A DNA stretch of 64,000 nt, taken from assembly GCA_964016885.1 (NCBI GenBank), contig OZ024740.1, forward strand, positions 231,322,001 through 231,386,000. Direction: 5' to 3'. Position 1 is the first letter of the stretch; every line of letters starts with the position of its first letter. This document shows positions 1 to 12,224 of the stretch, one piece after another. Source of the DNA: Eledone cirrhosa. Lineage: Eukaryota. The notes under the pieces were generated by a model. That model saw only the letters and a program-made list of their open reading frames with translations. It was not told the DNA's origin and made no database searches. The position numbers were made by a program, and so were the translations under genes.

Positions 1-154
1 AACCGCAGCTGGTACACACTTTATCTACCCTAAAGAAGACCATGGCAGGATTTGAACTCAGAACAACTCTGCCAAATTGACAGCCATTGATGTATGTATG
101 CATATATGGGAATATGTTTATATATATAATTTGTACGTAAATATATATATCATC

Positions 155-283
155 AAATGGAACAAAACCGTCTAACCCATGCTGGCGTGGAAGATGGACG
201 TTAAACGATGATGATGATGATCATCATCATCGTTTAACGTCTATCTTCCATGCTAGCATGGGTTAGACGGGTTTGTCCCATTT
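155..283. repeat. Tail-to-tail pair of RTE 3' ends forming a palindrome centred on (GAT)n/(ATC)n
   Basis: ccgtctaacccatgctggcgtggaagatggacgttaaac(gat)n is followed directly by its near reverse complement (cat)n cgtttaacgtctatcttccatgctagcatgggttagacgg. Confidence 0.85.
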
Positions 284-486
284 AGAATCAAGTTGGGTTG
301 GGTGACTGTTTCTGGCTGGTTTTCTATGGCTGGATGCTCATCCTAGTGCTAACCACATTTACAATGTGTGCTGGGTGCTATTTGCCATGTCTTTTACACA
401 ACCACTTTACAGTGTGGGCTGGGTGCTTTTTGTCATGATACCTATATTCATCATGTAAATATATATATATATATATGTATGTATAG

Positions 487-700
487 TGAAGGCGTGTGGT
501 TAGAGAATTGGATTCGCAATCGTAAGGTTGTGAGTTCGATTCCTGGACCAGGCGGTGCGTTATGTCCTTGAGCAAGACGCTTTATTTCATGTTGCTCCTT
601 CTACCTGGAGTTGCGACCGATAGATAGTATTAGCAACTGGAAAGACCAACGGAAACATTGTTCCCTCGGTCCGATTTGACGAAAGTCGATCGTTTCTTTC
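487..700 (+). mobile_element. tRNA-derived SINE (related copies near 57590-57725 and, inverted, 57790-57985)
   Basis: A/B-box-like head (gtggttag...gagttcgattc), ccttgagcaagac core, and a tail shared with the 57.6-58 kb copies. Confidence 0.7.
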
Positions 701-898
701 TTCATCTATGTATATATATATGAATATATATATATATCATCATCATCATCATCACCGTTTTACGTCCGTTCTTCCATGCTAGCATGGGTTAGACGGGTTG
801 TCCTGTTGTGTGCAGTGTCTGGTCGGCTGACCATGCCTTGCTCATACAGGAACTGATTTGGGCTTGATTTCTACAGCTGGATGCCCTTCCTTCTCTCT

Positions 899-1152
899 CT
901 ATATATATGAATATATATTTATATATATATATATATATATATGAATATATATGAATATATATATATATGTATATATATATATGAATATATATATATATGA
1001 ATATATATATATATATGTATATATATATATGAATATATATATATATGAATATATATATATATATGTATATATATATATGAATATATATATATATATATGA
1101 ATATATATATATATATGAATATATATATATATGAATATATATATATATATTC
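899..1152. repeat. Interrupted (AT)n microsatellite
   Basis: AT dinucleotide run punctuated by recurring gaat/gtat units. Confidence 0.95.
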
Positions 1153-1335
1153 ATAAATAATCAAGAGAGATGAACACTAATATAAACATACATGTGTTCG
1201 AATCGTAAGGACTAAAATTTGCTAGGGTGAAAAAATACTAACTACAGCAATATAGTTTGTTATCCTTAACTTTAAATATTAAATTAAGAAAAATTAAGAA
1301 AAATAACAGACCTATATTGGGCTAAAATGCCTGGT

Positions 1336-1417
1336 AACAACTAGACAGTGTTGGAGACTGTTTCGCAACGACTTATTAAGTGAAGTTTTCATGTTTCTCT
1401 GCTCCTCAGTAGTTGTT
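1336..1417 (-). ncRNA. Type I hammerhead ribozyme with canonical core
   Basis: Minus strand reads AACAACUA-CUGAGGA-GCA[32 nt]UGC-GAAA-CAGU-cuccaac-ACUG-UC^UAGUUGUU. It has a perfect 8-bp helix I, G-C-closed helix II, 5-bp helix III and a GUC cleavage triplet. Confidence 0.8.
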
Positions 1418-1522
1418 GAGAAATTAGTGATCCTTTCACTTCTAAAAATATTAGAGAATGAATTGTGTACGATATATATATATAGTAATAATAAATACAA
1501 ACACCATTTCCTTTTTCTTATG

Positions 1523-1560
<38 letters not shown>

Positions 1561-1563
<3 letters not shown>

Positions 1564-1906
1564 TCATCATCATCATCATCATTTTACGTCCGCTTTTCCC
1601 TGCTAGCAAGGGTGGGACGGGAACTGATTCTGGCTTGATTTCTACAGCTGGATGCCCTTCCTAACACCAACCTCATTTACAGTGAGTGCTGGGTGCTTTT
1701 TTGCCGTGGCACCTCCACGACCACTTTACAGTGGAATAATAGGGACCTCAGTCCCTATCATCTCATTTCTACAGCTGAGTAAACTGGAGCAATGTGAAAT
1801 AAAGTGTCTTGCTCAAGGAAACAACACATCACCCAGTCTGAGAATTGAACTCACAATCTTTCGATTGCAAGGCCAATGCTCTAACCACTAAGCCATATGC
1901 CTCCAT
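1561..1906 (-). mobile_element. tRNA-headed SINE with RTE-derived 3' tail
   Basis: Reverse strand has A box tggcttagtgg and B box gagttcaattc, a body, then RTE 3'UTR sequence ending in (GAT)n. Similar copies at 51170, 55075 and 62840. Confidence 0.85.
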
Positions 1907-1969
1907 CACTAAGCCATATGCCTCCATCACTAAGCCATATGCCTCCATCACTAAGCCATATGCCTCCAT
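1886..1969. repeat. 4 x 21-bp tandem repeat of the SINE head
   Basis: cactaagccatatgcctccat repeated four times. Confidence 0.9.
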
Positions 1970-2679
1970 ATATATGGAAAAGTATTATCATTGCTCTCTC
2001 TTTTTTACTCAAATATAATTTGCATTAGGTAACAATTAAAGGAAATATTGATTGATTGTATTGGTAGAAAGCTATAAATTTATGCAAGAGTTGTCTAGCT
2101 GATTGGGTTGACTGTATTGCTTACCTAATTTGTTATGGTATTGACTTGGGAGAAGGGGATGAAGTTATACCTTTAGGGATTTGATATAGGATCTATGTGT
2201 GTATATATATATATATACATACATATATTGTGGTTCCGCTGTGAAAAGGGTTCAGCACAGCCAACCAGCATGTCCCTCCTCATAGCAGTGCTATCCAGTT
2301 AAAGGCTACCAAAGTGTGGTCCTGCTGTGTGAAGGGTTTGGTGTGGCCAGCTGGTCTGTCCTTCCCCATTGCAGTACCATCCAGTCCCACACTGTAAACA
2401 TGGGCATCCAGCTGTTAAAAACCCCAGCCAAACTTACAGTCCCGGTGGAGCAAAGTATGGCATGGCCAATTTTAGCTAGACTTGTCTATTGACACAGACA
2501 ACCCGTCTGACCCATGCAAACATGGAAAATGGACTTTAAACGGTGATGATATATATAATATATATACATACACATATATATAAAAGAATTAAACCAATAT
2601 TAAGCTCGTAAGATCATTATTTAACAGTGTACTCGATACTTGGGATAGTAGAGTACAAATATATTACAAAGAGTTGGGG

Positions 2680-2950
2680 CCTGACGGCTAAGCTGAGTGA
2701 AGAAGTGCCAGGAAATCCTAGTGGACAGAAGCTGCAGTAGAGGTAGACCAAGAAAGACTTGGGCAGAGGTGGTGAGAGCTGACCTCAAATCACTGAAACT
2801 CAGAGGAGATGATGAAGGAACCTGACAATTGGGGAGATGCTGTGCTGAAAATGACCCATCCGGCCCATGCATGTGTGTAAAAATGGATGTAAAAAACATG
2901 ATTGTGATGGCGATAATGGTGATGATAATGGTGATGATGGTGATGATGAT
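2680..2950 (+). mobile_element. 3' fragment of a second RTE family (also 4170-4480 +, 30225-30500 -, 51860-52230 +)
   Basis: Encodes a GRPRKTWAEVVRADLKSL-like ORF2 C-terminus followed by a (GAT)n tail. Confidence 0.75.
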
Positions 2951-3264
2951 AACATTTAGTTAGAGACTCATAGTTACAGATACCAGCTTTTATCTGTTCT
3001 TGTGGCAGTAGTTGAATCTTCAGACATGACACTGAATTACTTAACTAATTATAATAACTCCTACTGCTACTGTTGTTGCAGCTATGGTGATTAAAATGTA
3101 ATTTATGAGGCTTCTAACGTTTACAGCATCTGTTCTACATTGTTATATTTCATATACATGGTTTTAAATTAGATTTACTAAACAAGTTTTATAGCCAGCT
3201 GTTATATTTTCCCATTGTTTAGGAGGTCTTTCCCAATTAACAATGTTTTGAAATAATCAGTCGC

Positions 3265-3720
3265 ACATGACTAAGGACATTTTTAAAGATTTTTTTTCCT
3301 GGCTTTGTTGGAGGAGAAAAAGCAGCATGCCTGTAATCTTTTTACAGGCTCTCCAATAACAAACTAACTGAGTTGTTGTAAGAGAAAACAGGGCAAAAGG
3401 ATATCAAGTTATCACTTAGAACAGAAACCTTGTCTGAATGATTGTAACACTGCAGACTGCTAAATCTAGCCAAGGGCCATTTGGTGGTGTTTAACAGAGC
3501 ATTAAAGATTTTTTTCATGGCTTTGTTGAAGGAGAAAGAGTAGGATGCCCATAATCTTTTTACAGGCTCTCTAATAACAAACTAACTGAGTTGTTGTAAG
3601 AGAAAACAGGGCAAAAGGATATCAAGTTATCACTTAGAACAGAAACCTTGCCTGAATGGTTGTAACAGGGCAGACTCCTAAATGTACATATAGGCTTGTT
3701 TGATGGTGTAAAACAGGGTG
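3265..3720. repeat. Direct duplication of a unit of about 220 bp
   Basis: ggctttgttg...aatctttttacaggctct...aactgagttgttgtaagagaaaacagggcaaaaggatatcaagttatcacttagaacagaaacc occurs twice. Confidence 0.85.
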
Positions 3721-5173
3721 ATGAATTAAATTTACCTCTATAATGAAGTCTATCAAATTTATCATCCCTATTGAAATGAGATGTTACATTAGTAGTGTTG
3801 TTTGAGTGTACTGGGTGAATCTATCATGTAGATCACCAACACTTGGGAGGTTATCTTATTCTTGACACAACTGAAGGGTCCTCCCATCCTCTGTTTGGCA
3901 GGCTTTCTATGGCAGGATGCCTTTCCTATCACCAACCTCTTTACAGCATGTACTGAATGCATTTATCATGTAGATCACCAACACTAGGAGGTTGTCATGT
4001 CCTTGACATTACTGAAGGCCCTCCCAACCCTTTGTTTGGCAAGCTTTCTATGGCTGGATGCTGTTCATATCACCAACAATTTGGAGGACCCTTCAATTTG
4101 TGTCAGAAGACATGACAACTTTTCCTGTCACTTGATAGAACATATGACTGCTTCAGGACTGACTGGGCAGAAGTGGTGAGAGCTGACCTCACGTCGCTGA
4201 GACTCACAGAGAAAATGATGAAGGAATGTGGCGAGTGGAGAGATGCTCTGCTGAAAAGGACCCCCATAGATGATGATTGCTGGGTGAAGAAATGTCAGGA
4301 AATCCCAATAGAAAGACGCCACAGTAGTGGTGGACCAAGGAAGATTTGGGCAGAGGTGATATGAACTGATCTGAAGTTGCTGAGACTCACAGAGGAGATG
4401 AAGGAATGTGATGAGTGGACAGATGCTGTGGTGAAAAGAACCCACCCGACCCATGCAAGCATAAAAATGATGATGATGATGATGGAGGGTATTATTTGTA
4501 GAGTTCTGAACAAAATTTAGAGCTTTTTATAGTTTAAATTGAAATCCCACTCAGGATGAATTTTACCTGTGATGGTATGGATCTCCATCAGTTTCTAAGA
4601 TGAATGTTCTAGTTGTTTTATCATCAGAACAATAACCTCCCCGTGAAATTAACATATAAGTGGCTGAGTATTCAACAGAAACACGTATCATAACATAATT
4701 CTTAGGAAGATTCAGTGTAACCCAGTGTGTATGATATGGCTGGCCCTCTGAATACAGGAATACAGATACAGTTCATTTGACGGGCTTCCATACAATTTCT
4801 GTCTACCCAGTTACATTCACAAGGCATGAGTCAACCCAAGGCTTTTGTAAATGATGCTTTCCCAAGATGCCCTACAGTGGGATTGAACTCAAAACAAACT
4901 TCTTAAGCACTCAATGATATTACTTTCACTTATCTGTAATAGATGAAACAAGAATGAGTCAAATACAAAGTTTGCTAAAATTGACTGTACCCTATCCCAA
5001 AATTTTACCTATATTAAAAAAAAATCAATATATTAGGAGGAAGAAAACTAATAAATAAAACCAATTGTTGTTGTTGGATCTCTGCTGGTTCCAACAATGA
5101 GTATTCCAGTTGTTCAAAAGATGCAATAGTCTGCACTTGAAATTAATGGTAAAGTGGTTGAGCATTCCATAGG

Positions 5174-6812
5174 CATCATCGTTTAACGTCAATCTTCCAC
5201 GCTAGCATGGGTTTAGACGGGAATTGTCCCACTTGAGGCAAGATTGGTCAGGTGACTGTGTCTCGCTCGTATAAGACTGTCTGGCAGGTTTTCTACAGCT
5301 GGATGCCCTTCCTAACACCAACCACATTTACATTGTGGAATTGGAGGTTTTTACCATGTTACCTACACGGCCACATTACAGCGTGGACTGTGTGTTTTTT
5401 TGTCATGACACCTACACGACCTCATTTATTTTGGACTGGATTTTGTGGTACCAACATGACTTTACAGAGAAAGGGTGGTGTTGGTGGGAGGGTGGAGTAG
5501 GGGTAGTGGGATGGGGGTGTATATTTGGTTAAGAGGTGCCTACTGACTGTAGGTTTCGCTTTGTACATAGGCAAGGCAGGTCTTCTGTATTACTGTGTAG
5601 CGCCAAAGATCGCAGTCCAATGACATTGTCTTGGAGAGGTGTAAGTGTGTAAGGTCGGAATTTATCAAATCATCCCAGGTTTTTCTGGGTCTACCTACTC
5701 CGTAACTTCCATCAGTTTTGATTGCCCTGCACTTTTTTATACAGCTGTCGTCTTTCATGCGCATCACATGACCATACCAACATACTCTTCTCTCGAGTAA
5801 ACAGCATTTGATCCCTTTTATTCCTAATTTCTCACTTAGTTCATTTATGCTTTGCCGTTCGTGTATGTTACTATTACACATCCAACGGAGCATGCATGCT
5901 TCATTCCTTTCCAGTCTGCGCAGGTCCTCTGCACGCAATGCCCATATCTCACTGCCATGTAGCATTGCTGTTCGTATACAGGCATCATACAATCTGCCTT
6001 TCATTTTTAGAGAGAAACCTTTAGTGGCCAATAGTGGTATAAGCTCTTTGAACTTTTCCCATCCCGTTCTGACTCTGGCTACTGTACTTTCAGAGCACCC
6101 TCCACCACTGCTGATTTTGTCACCCAGGTAACGGAAAGTGTCCACTATTTCTATAGAACCATCTGGGCAATAGAAGGAGCTAGTATCCTGTGGGCACTTG
6201 CTACTTATAGCACCTGAGCATCGACCACATTTAAAATCTACGTTCTTAGATAGTTTACCTGTGATCCCACTACATCTTTTATGTACCCATAGTTTGCATT
6301 TGGGACATAAAATGGAATTTCTGCCTACTCCTTTCCTACACACTGAGCATGGCCATTTCCCAGAGGGCACCTGTGCCCTATTTTCCTTTCTACATACTAG
6401 AACTTTAGTTTTAGACAAGTTAACTTTAAGGCCTTTTGATTCTAGGCCATGCTTCCATGTTTGGAATTTCTTCTCTAGTTCAGCCATCGATACAGCTATG
6501 AGTGTTAGATCATCTGCGTATAGAAGTTCCCATGGGCAGTCAGTCTTAAACTTCTTTGTTATAGCCTGAAGGGCAATAATAAATAGGAGGGGGCTAAAGA
6601 CAGAGCCTTGATGAACACCAAATTTAACGCTAAATTCTTCATTATATTTATTGTTAATTCTAACCTTGCTGACTGTTTCTTTATACATGGCTTGAATAGC
6701 TCTCACAAGCCATTCATCTACTCCTAGTTTTCGAAGAGCCCACCAGATAATAGAGCAGGGGACTCTGTCAAAAGCTTTCTCCAAGTCAACAAAAGCTAAG
6801 TAGAGGGGTTTT
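5174..6812 (-). mobile_element. RTE-clade LINE, 5'-truncated (RT C-half, PHD-like finger, 3'UTR)
   Basis: ORF 5540-6784 has EKAFDRV, GVHQGSVFSP, LLYADD, CxxC...CxxCxxxxHxxC...CxxC and WYGHVMR; short (GAT)n tail. Confidence 0.95.
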
Positions 6813-6849
6813 TGTACCCTTAATGTAGTTTTCAGGAAGACTCAGAGTG

Positions 6850-7240
6850 ACCCTGACCAGACAGTACTGCATGTTGTTCAGCATTGCCCTCTCAGATGTT
6901 TTCCTAACAGCTTGGAGACAATCCATAATACTATAAATGATGCCTAATGCATGTTGTTTGGGATTGCCCACTCAGTTATTTTCTTGGCAGACTTGAAACA
7001 ATATATAATACTACAAATGATGCCTTAGTCTAGCTCACCAACCTCAATCTGTCTCTCTAACCATTGTGCATATGTCATACAACAAGAAGACTACTACCTC
7101 AGCGCTGCATGTTGTTCAGAATCGACCTCTTAGTTGTTTTCCCGGTGGCCTAGAGGCAATCTATAATACTACAAATGACACCTTTGTCTGGCTCACCAAT
7201 CTCGATTTGTTTCTCTAACCATTGTTCATGTTATACAAGA
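6850..7240 (+). mobile_element. Triplicated 3' fragment of an Ingi/Vingi-like LINE
   Basis: tgcatgttgttcag...ataatactacaaatgatgcc occurs three times and matches the HVVQDCPLRRFPGSL segment near 60600. Confidence 0.55.
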
Positions 7241-7829
7241 AGAAGATATAAACATATGAAATTTACAAGCTAAGTCTACCTTATTAATTAGAGACAAACA
7301 GACAATTAACAACTTGATGAGCTTGTAACAAAGACATTGATTTATAATCTTAATAATTTCTAGTCTATAAGTCTACACATTGGATATATTTCTTCAGTCT
7401 TAGACATGAGTTTACTTGCACCAGTTGTGTGATGTACTTTAATTAGTTGATAGATTATCTAAAAATACAGAAGGAAGAATTATCACTATAATTCTAATTG
7501 ATGATGATGATATTCTCATTACAAGTGTAACATCATCAACCATAAGATTAAATGATTCGGAGCACAGGTACAGGCATGGCTGTGTGGTTAAGGTTTTTGC
7601 TTCACAACCACATGGTTCTGTGTTCAGTCATGCTTCTAATATAACTTTAGGTGTGATCAATGTCTTGTGAGTGGAGTTTGGTAGATGAAAACTGCATAAA
7701 CCTGTTATATATATATATCATCATAATCATCTTCTTCATCATCTAATGCCTTCTTTCCCTGCTGGCAAGGATTAAGGGAGTCTTTATAGACCGAGTCAGT
7801 ATAGAAGTGGGGTTACTGACATCCTAGGT

Positions 7830-8240
7830 TAACTATGAGTGCATGTTATCATGGCACAGGCGCTAGGGATGTTGTCATGTTTTGAAACAAATGAAGAGTC
7901 CTCCCAACCCTTTGTTTGGCAAGTTTTCTACAGATGAATGCCCTTCTTATCAGCAACCAGCTTACAGTGTATACTGTGTGTATTTTGTGTAGGCCACCAA
8001 CACTAGGGAAATTGTTATGTCCTTGACTAAACTGAAGGGTCCTCCCAACTATTTGTTTGGCAAGCATTCTATGACTGAGTTAACCTTAACCAATTTACAG
8101 TGGGTACTGGGTGCGTTTATGCATGTCACCAACACTAGGGAGGTTGTCATGACCTTGCTACAACTGAAGGGTCCTCTCAACCCTTTGTTCGGCAAGCTTT
8201 CTATGGTTGAATGCCCCCTCTTATCACCAACCATTTTACA
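7830..8240. repeat. About 135-bp module repeated three times (related to 3810-4080 and 46230-46450)
   Basis: caacactagggaggttgtcatg...aactgaagggtcctcccaaccctttgtttggcaag recurs. Confidence 0.75.
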
Positions 8241-8244
8241 GAAT

Positions 8245-9442
8245 AAGGGCTTTATTCACATTGCTGACAATTGTTTCTTTGATCTGGCAGGTCTAGAGTT
8301 CGCTATACACCTGATTATGCGCCAATCGATCCCCAATACTTTGTTTATCACCAGTTGTTTTCATCATAGCAGGTGAAATGAAGAAAATACATAAGGAATG
8401 GTTTTTATATAAGTGTGGTATTAAACCAGAACAATAATATCAATGATAAAATAAAATAACTAGATAGCAGACAATTAAAATAATAACATCAATATAAGTA
8501 AGAGATAGAGTATAATGAAGAATCTAGCATGTTAAACAGACTGATATGATACAGATGTATGGAATTGACGTGTGAAAACTGCTATAGGGTACATTAGATA
8601 TAGTGATGGGGTAGCGACTAGATAACAGTAACCACTAAGATGTACTTGGAGACAGAATTTATGAGGTATCCACTGTGCTGTAGGTATTCTGGCAATAAAC
8701 CGGAGATTTACTTTTTATTTTTTTATTATTTGACAATAAACATTTTCGTTTGATTAATTTAGTGATGATGATAGTTTTTATATGGTGTTAAATAGAGTTG
8801 TAGATTCGATAGTTAAGTGGCCTATACTAAATGTAGGGATTGTTAGTTCGAATTGTGGGGGTTTAGTTTTCACAGCATCAATAACAAATTGTGTATAAAT
8901 AAGAGTGATAACAACAATAATAGAAGGTAGTAAAATGTGCATGGTAGATATATAGAACATGATGAATAATATTAGGGCTATATTGAGATGTTCATAATAA
9001 TAATAATAATAAGAATAATAAGAGGAAAGTGAGATTTCAAGGGGTCTAGGAGTAATAAGATAATGTACTTGGAATTAGGTTCATCTGTTAGAGATCATGA
9101 GTGCTAATGAGAGATATAAATCCTTGGTCCGAAGGAGTGGGTAACAGCGATGTTAGGATTGATTATGGGCTGATAAGATAGTTGTAGACATATTCCAGTG
9201 GAATAGAATTAGGGAGGCTATAAGGTATTTATAGAAGATTATAGTTCCGTATTGGGCTGTGTGAGAAGGCCGATTTCATATGTTAAAAGCTAAGTGGTAT
9301 TGGTTCGAATCACGGTGGTTTAAATCTCGCAAATTTTGTAGCAATCTTATGTCTGCATAAAATTGATCTTTCTATTTTGCTGTTGAGTAGCATTTTATCG
9401 TTCCTTAAGATATGCAGCAATTCAAGGTTGCAGAGCCCGCAG
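8245..9442 (-). mobile_element. Penelope-like element 3' part (ORF C-terminus plus long 3' region/pLTR)
   Basis: 9310-9441 encodes CGLCNLELLHILRNDKMLLNSKIERSILCRHK, the CxLC..E...LLN..E....CRH tail typical of PLE GIY-YIG endonuclease ends. The 3' region ends in a hammerhead motif and AATAAA. Confidence 0.75.
8255..8377 (-). ncRNA. Degenerate hammerhead ribozyme in the Penelope pLTR
   Basis: uucaccugcu-AUGAUGA-[83 nt]-GAAAC-AAUU-GUC^agcaaugugaa. Helix III is the palindrome ACAAUUGU; core C3 is replaced by A. Confidence 0.6.
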
Positions 9443-9454
9443 TAGGACATACTG

Positions 9455-11320
9455 CCAGGTTTTCTATAGCTGGATGCCCTTCCTAACACCAACCACATTT
9501 ACAGTGTGAACTGGGAGCCTTTTTACCGTATCTCCTACATGACCACTTTACAGTGGACAGAAATGGGAGGATGGAGTAGGGTGTATATTGGGTTAAGAGG
9601 TGACTACTGACTGTAGGTTTAAGTTTGTATGCAAGGGAAGGTGGGTCTTCTGTACAACTGCATAGGGCCAAAGATCTCGATCCAGTGTTATTGTCTTAGA
9701 GAGGTGTAAGTGAGCAAGGTCAGTTTTTATCACCTTGTCCCATATTTTTCTCTGTAGCTTCCATCAATTTTGATCGCTCTGCACTTTTTTATACAGCTGT
9801 TGTCCTTTGTATGCATCACATGCCCATACCAACGCAATCTACTCTCCAGAACACATTTGATATCTCTTATGCTTAGCCTCTCTTTCAATTCGTTTATACT
9901 TTGCCGTTCGCGTACATTAGTATTACACATCCATCAGAGCATGCAAGCTTCATTTCTTTCTAATCTACGCAAGTCTTCAGTACACACTGCCCAGGTCTCA
10001 CTACCATGCAATATTGCTGTTCATATACAAGCATCATACAATCTGCCTTTCACTTTTAGAGGAAAACCCTTTGTGGCCAACAGCGACATTAGCTCTCTGA
10101 ACTTTTTCAATCCTGTTCTAACTCTGGTTACTACACTTTCAGAGAACCCTCCTCCACTGCTGATTTTGTCACCCAGGTAACGGAAAGTGTCTACTATTTT
10201 TATAGAACTATCTGGGCAGTTGAAGGAGATAGCATCCTGTGGGCACTTGCTACTTATTGCACCTGAGCATTGGCCACATATAAAATCTACATTCTTAGAT
10301 AGCTTACCTGTGATTCCACTACATCTTTTATGTACCCATAGTTTGCATTTGGGACATAGAATGGAACTTCTACCTGGAGTAGGTAGAAATTCTTCCACAC
10401 TGAGCCTGTGCCTTATTCTCCTTTCTACATACTAGAACTTTAGTTTTATACAAGTTAACTTTAAGGCCTTTTGATTCTAGGCCATGCTTCCATGTTTGGA
10501 ACTTCTTCTCTAGTTCAGCCATAGATTCAGCTATGAGAGTTAGATCATCTGCGTATAGAAGTTCCAATGGGCAGCCAGTCTTGAACTCCTCTGTTATAGC
10601 CTGAAGGGCAATAATAAATAGGAGGGGTCTAAGGACAGAGCCTTGATGAACACCAACTTTTATGCTAAATTCTTCACTATATTCATTGTTAATTCTAACC
10701 TTGCTGACTGTTTCTTTATACATGGCTTGTATAACTCTCACAAGCCATTCATCAACACCTAGTTTTCTAAAAGCCCACCAGATTAAGGAGCATGAGACTC
10801 TGTCAAAGGCTTTCTCCAAGTCAACAAAAGTAGAGGGGTTTACGTTTAGCTAGGGACTCCTACTGTAGTTGCTGTACAAGGAAAAGAGCATCTGTGGTGC
10901 TTTTACCTGGCACAAATCCAAACTGCATTTCATCTAGATCAATTCGGTCTCTAATCAGTTGAGAAATAACTCTTTCTGTGACCTTCATGACCTAGTCAAC
11001 TAACTTAATGCCCCTATAGTTTCCTCTATCTATGGCGAGTCCTTTGCCCTTGTAATAGTTGATGATGCTGCTGCTACACCAGTCATTTGGTATGACCCCA
11101 TTATTTGGTTTACTATCCGGGTGACCATAGTATGTCGTGTCATTCCAGATGCCTTCAACATTTCAGCAACTATACCCGAAGGTGCAGCTGCTTGGCCTGT
11201 CCTCATATCTCTGATTGCTTTACTTACTATACTACCATTAACTTGTACAGCTGGTCCTTCTGTTGGATCAAAGTGGGGCAGACTATCTTTATTCCATTCA
11301 TTTTCTTCATTAAGTAGTGA
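9455..11320 (-). mobile_element. Decayed RTE LINE (frameshifts and stops)
   Basis: ORF pieces 11030-11329, 10370-10819, 10021-10398 and 9730-9930 are collinear with the intact RTE at 33441. Confidence 0.92.
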
Positions 11321-11337
11321 CACTTTCAAGCTACCTT

Positions 11338-11370
<33 letters not shown>

Positions 11371-11374
<4 letters not shown>

Positions 11375-11960
11375 TGGCTGCCAACTTGTTTTCAAGTATG
11401 GCCACTACTTTATATCCATGTAGGAGAACCCCTACCGATGCGCTGAACGAATGTGACTTTTTAGTCCAGCCAGCAACTTGAAAATTCTGGTACAAACACT
11501 ACACTTGTAACAATTATTGACACATAGTGCTGGGCCCATGGTACCATGTGACAACAAGTGCAGAGAGATCTCCAGATATATAGCAATGCCTGTGCCGTGA
11601 AGCTTTTATAGTGAGTAAAGGCACTGCACAAAGCCAGTCCCACTCTCTTAACCAAGATGATATTTAACAAAAAGTAGAACAAGTCAACATCATTGGATAC
11701 CATCAGGGTTGAAGGTGTTATATCAGAGTTTTCCTTCTCCTGGAATTCTGCCTTGTCAAATGCTAAGGGGTCATCTCTCCCGGTGATTTTGGATGGCCAT
11801 TGACTCTTAAGAGCTCCTTTGCCCTTTGACAGGTTTTGTTTTTAGTCCTGCAGGATGTCCAAAGTCACCCTCCTCACCAAGAAACCTTGGTGGGGTTGCA
11901 AGTTTAGTCGCCAACGACCCGACCATGAGACAGGTTGTACTGGGATACATGTTACCAGTA
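11371..11960 (-). mobile_element. About 590-bp non-coding retroposon, copy 1 (RTE-5'UTR-like motif)
   Basis: Near-identical inverted copy at 18586-19177. Contains ggagaaggaaaactctga and is bounded by microsatellites. Confidence 0.75.
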
Positions 11961-12224
11961 TACACACACACACACACACACATATATATACACACACATA
12001 AATATATAATATAAGCAAGCATTGCACCAAGAAAAAAAAAACGTTGGCGTGAAGAGATTATGAATTTATTTGCTTTGACATATGCTTGTGTGTCTATTAT
12101 AAAGTGTCTACATATGCTGACTACAACTCGCTGGTAAGCAGCTTTCTTGTTTAAACATTCATCTACTTTTACATAAATATATATATATATATATACATAC
12201 ACACATATATATATATATATATAT

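Noticed and set aside
789-1164. Long Ile/Tyr-rich ORFs, and similar low-complexity ORFs at 15993, 18389, 41903, 50500, 56377 and 57324
   Set aside because: These are translations of microsatellites.
5808-6569. ORFs antisense to RTE copies (also 9770-10435 and 34097-34912)
   Set aside because: Shadow frames of the RT coding strand with no independent motifs.
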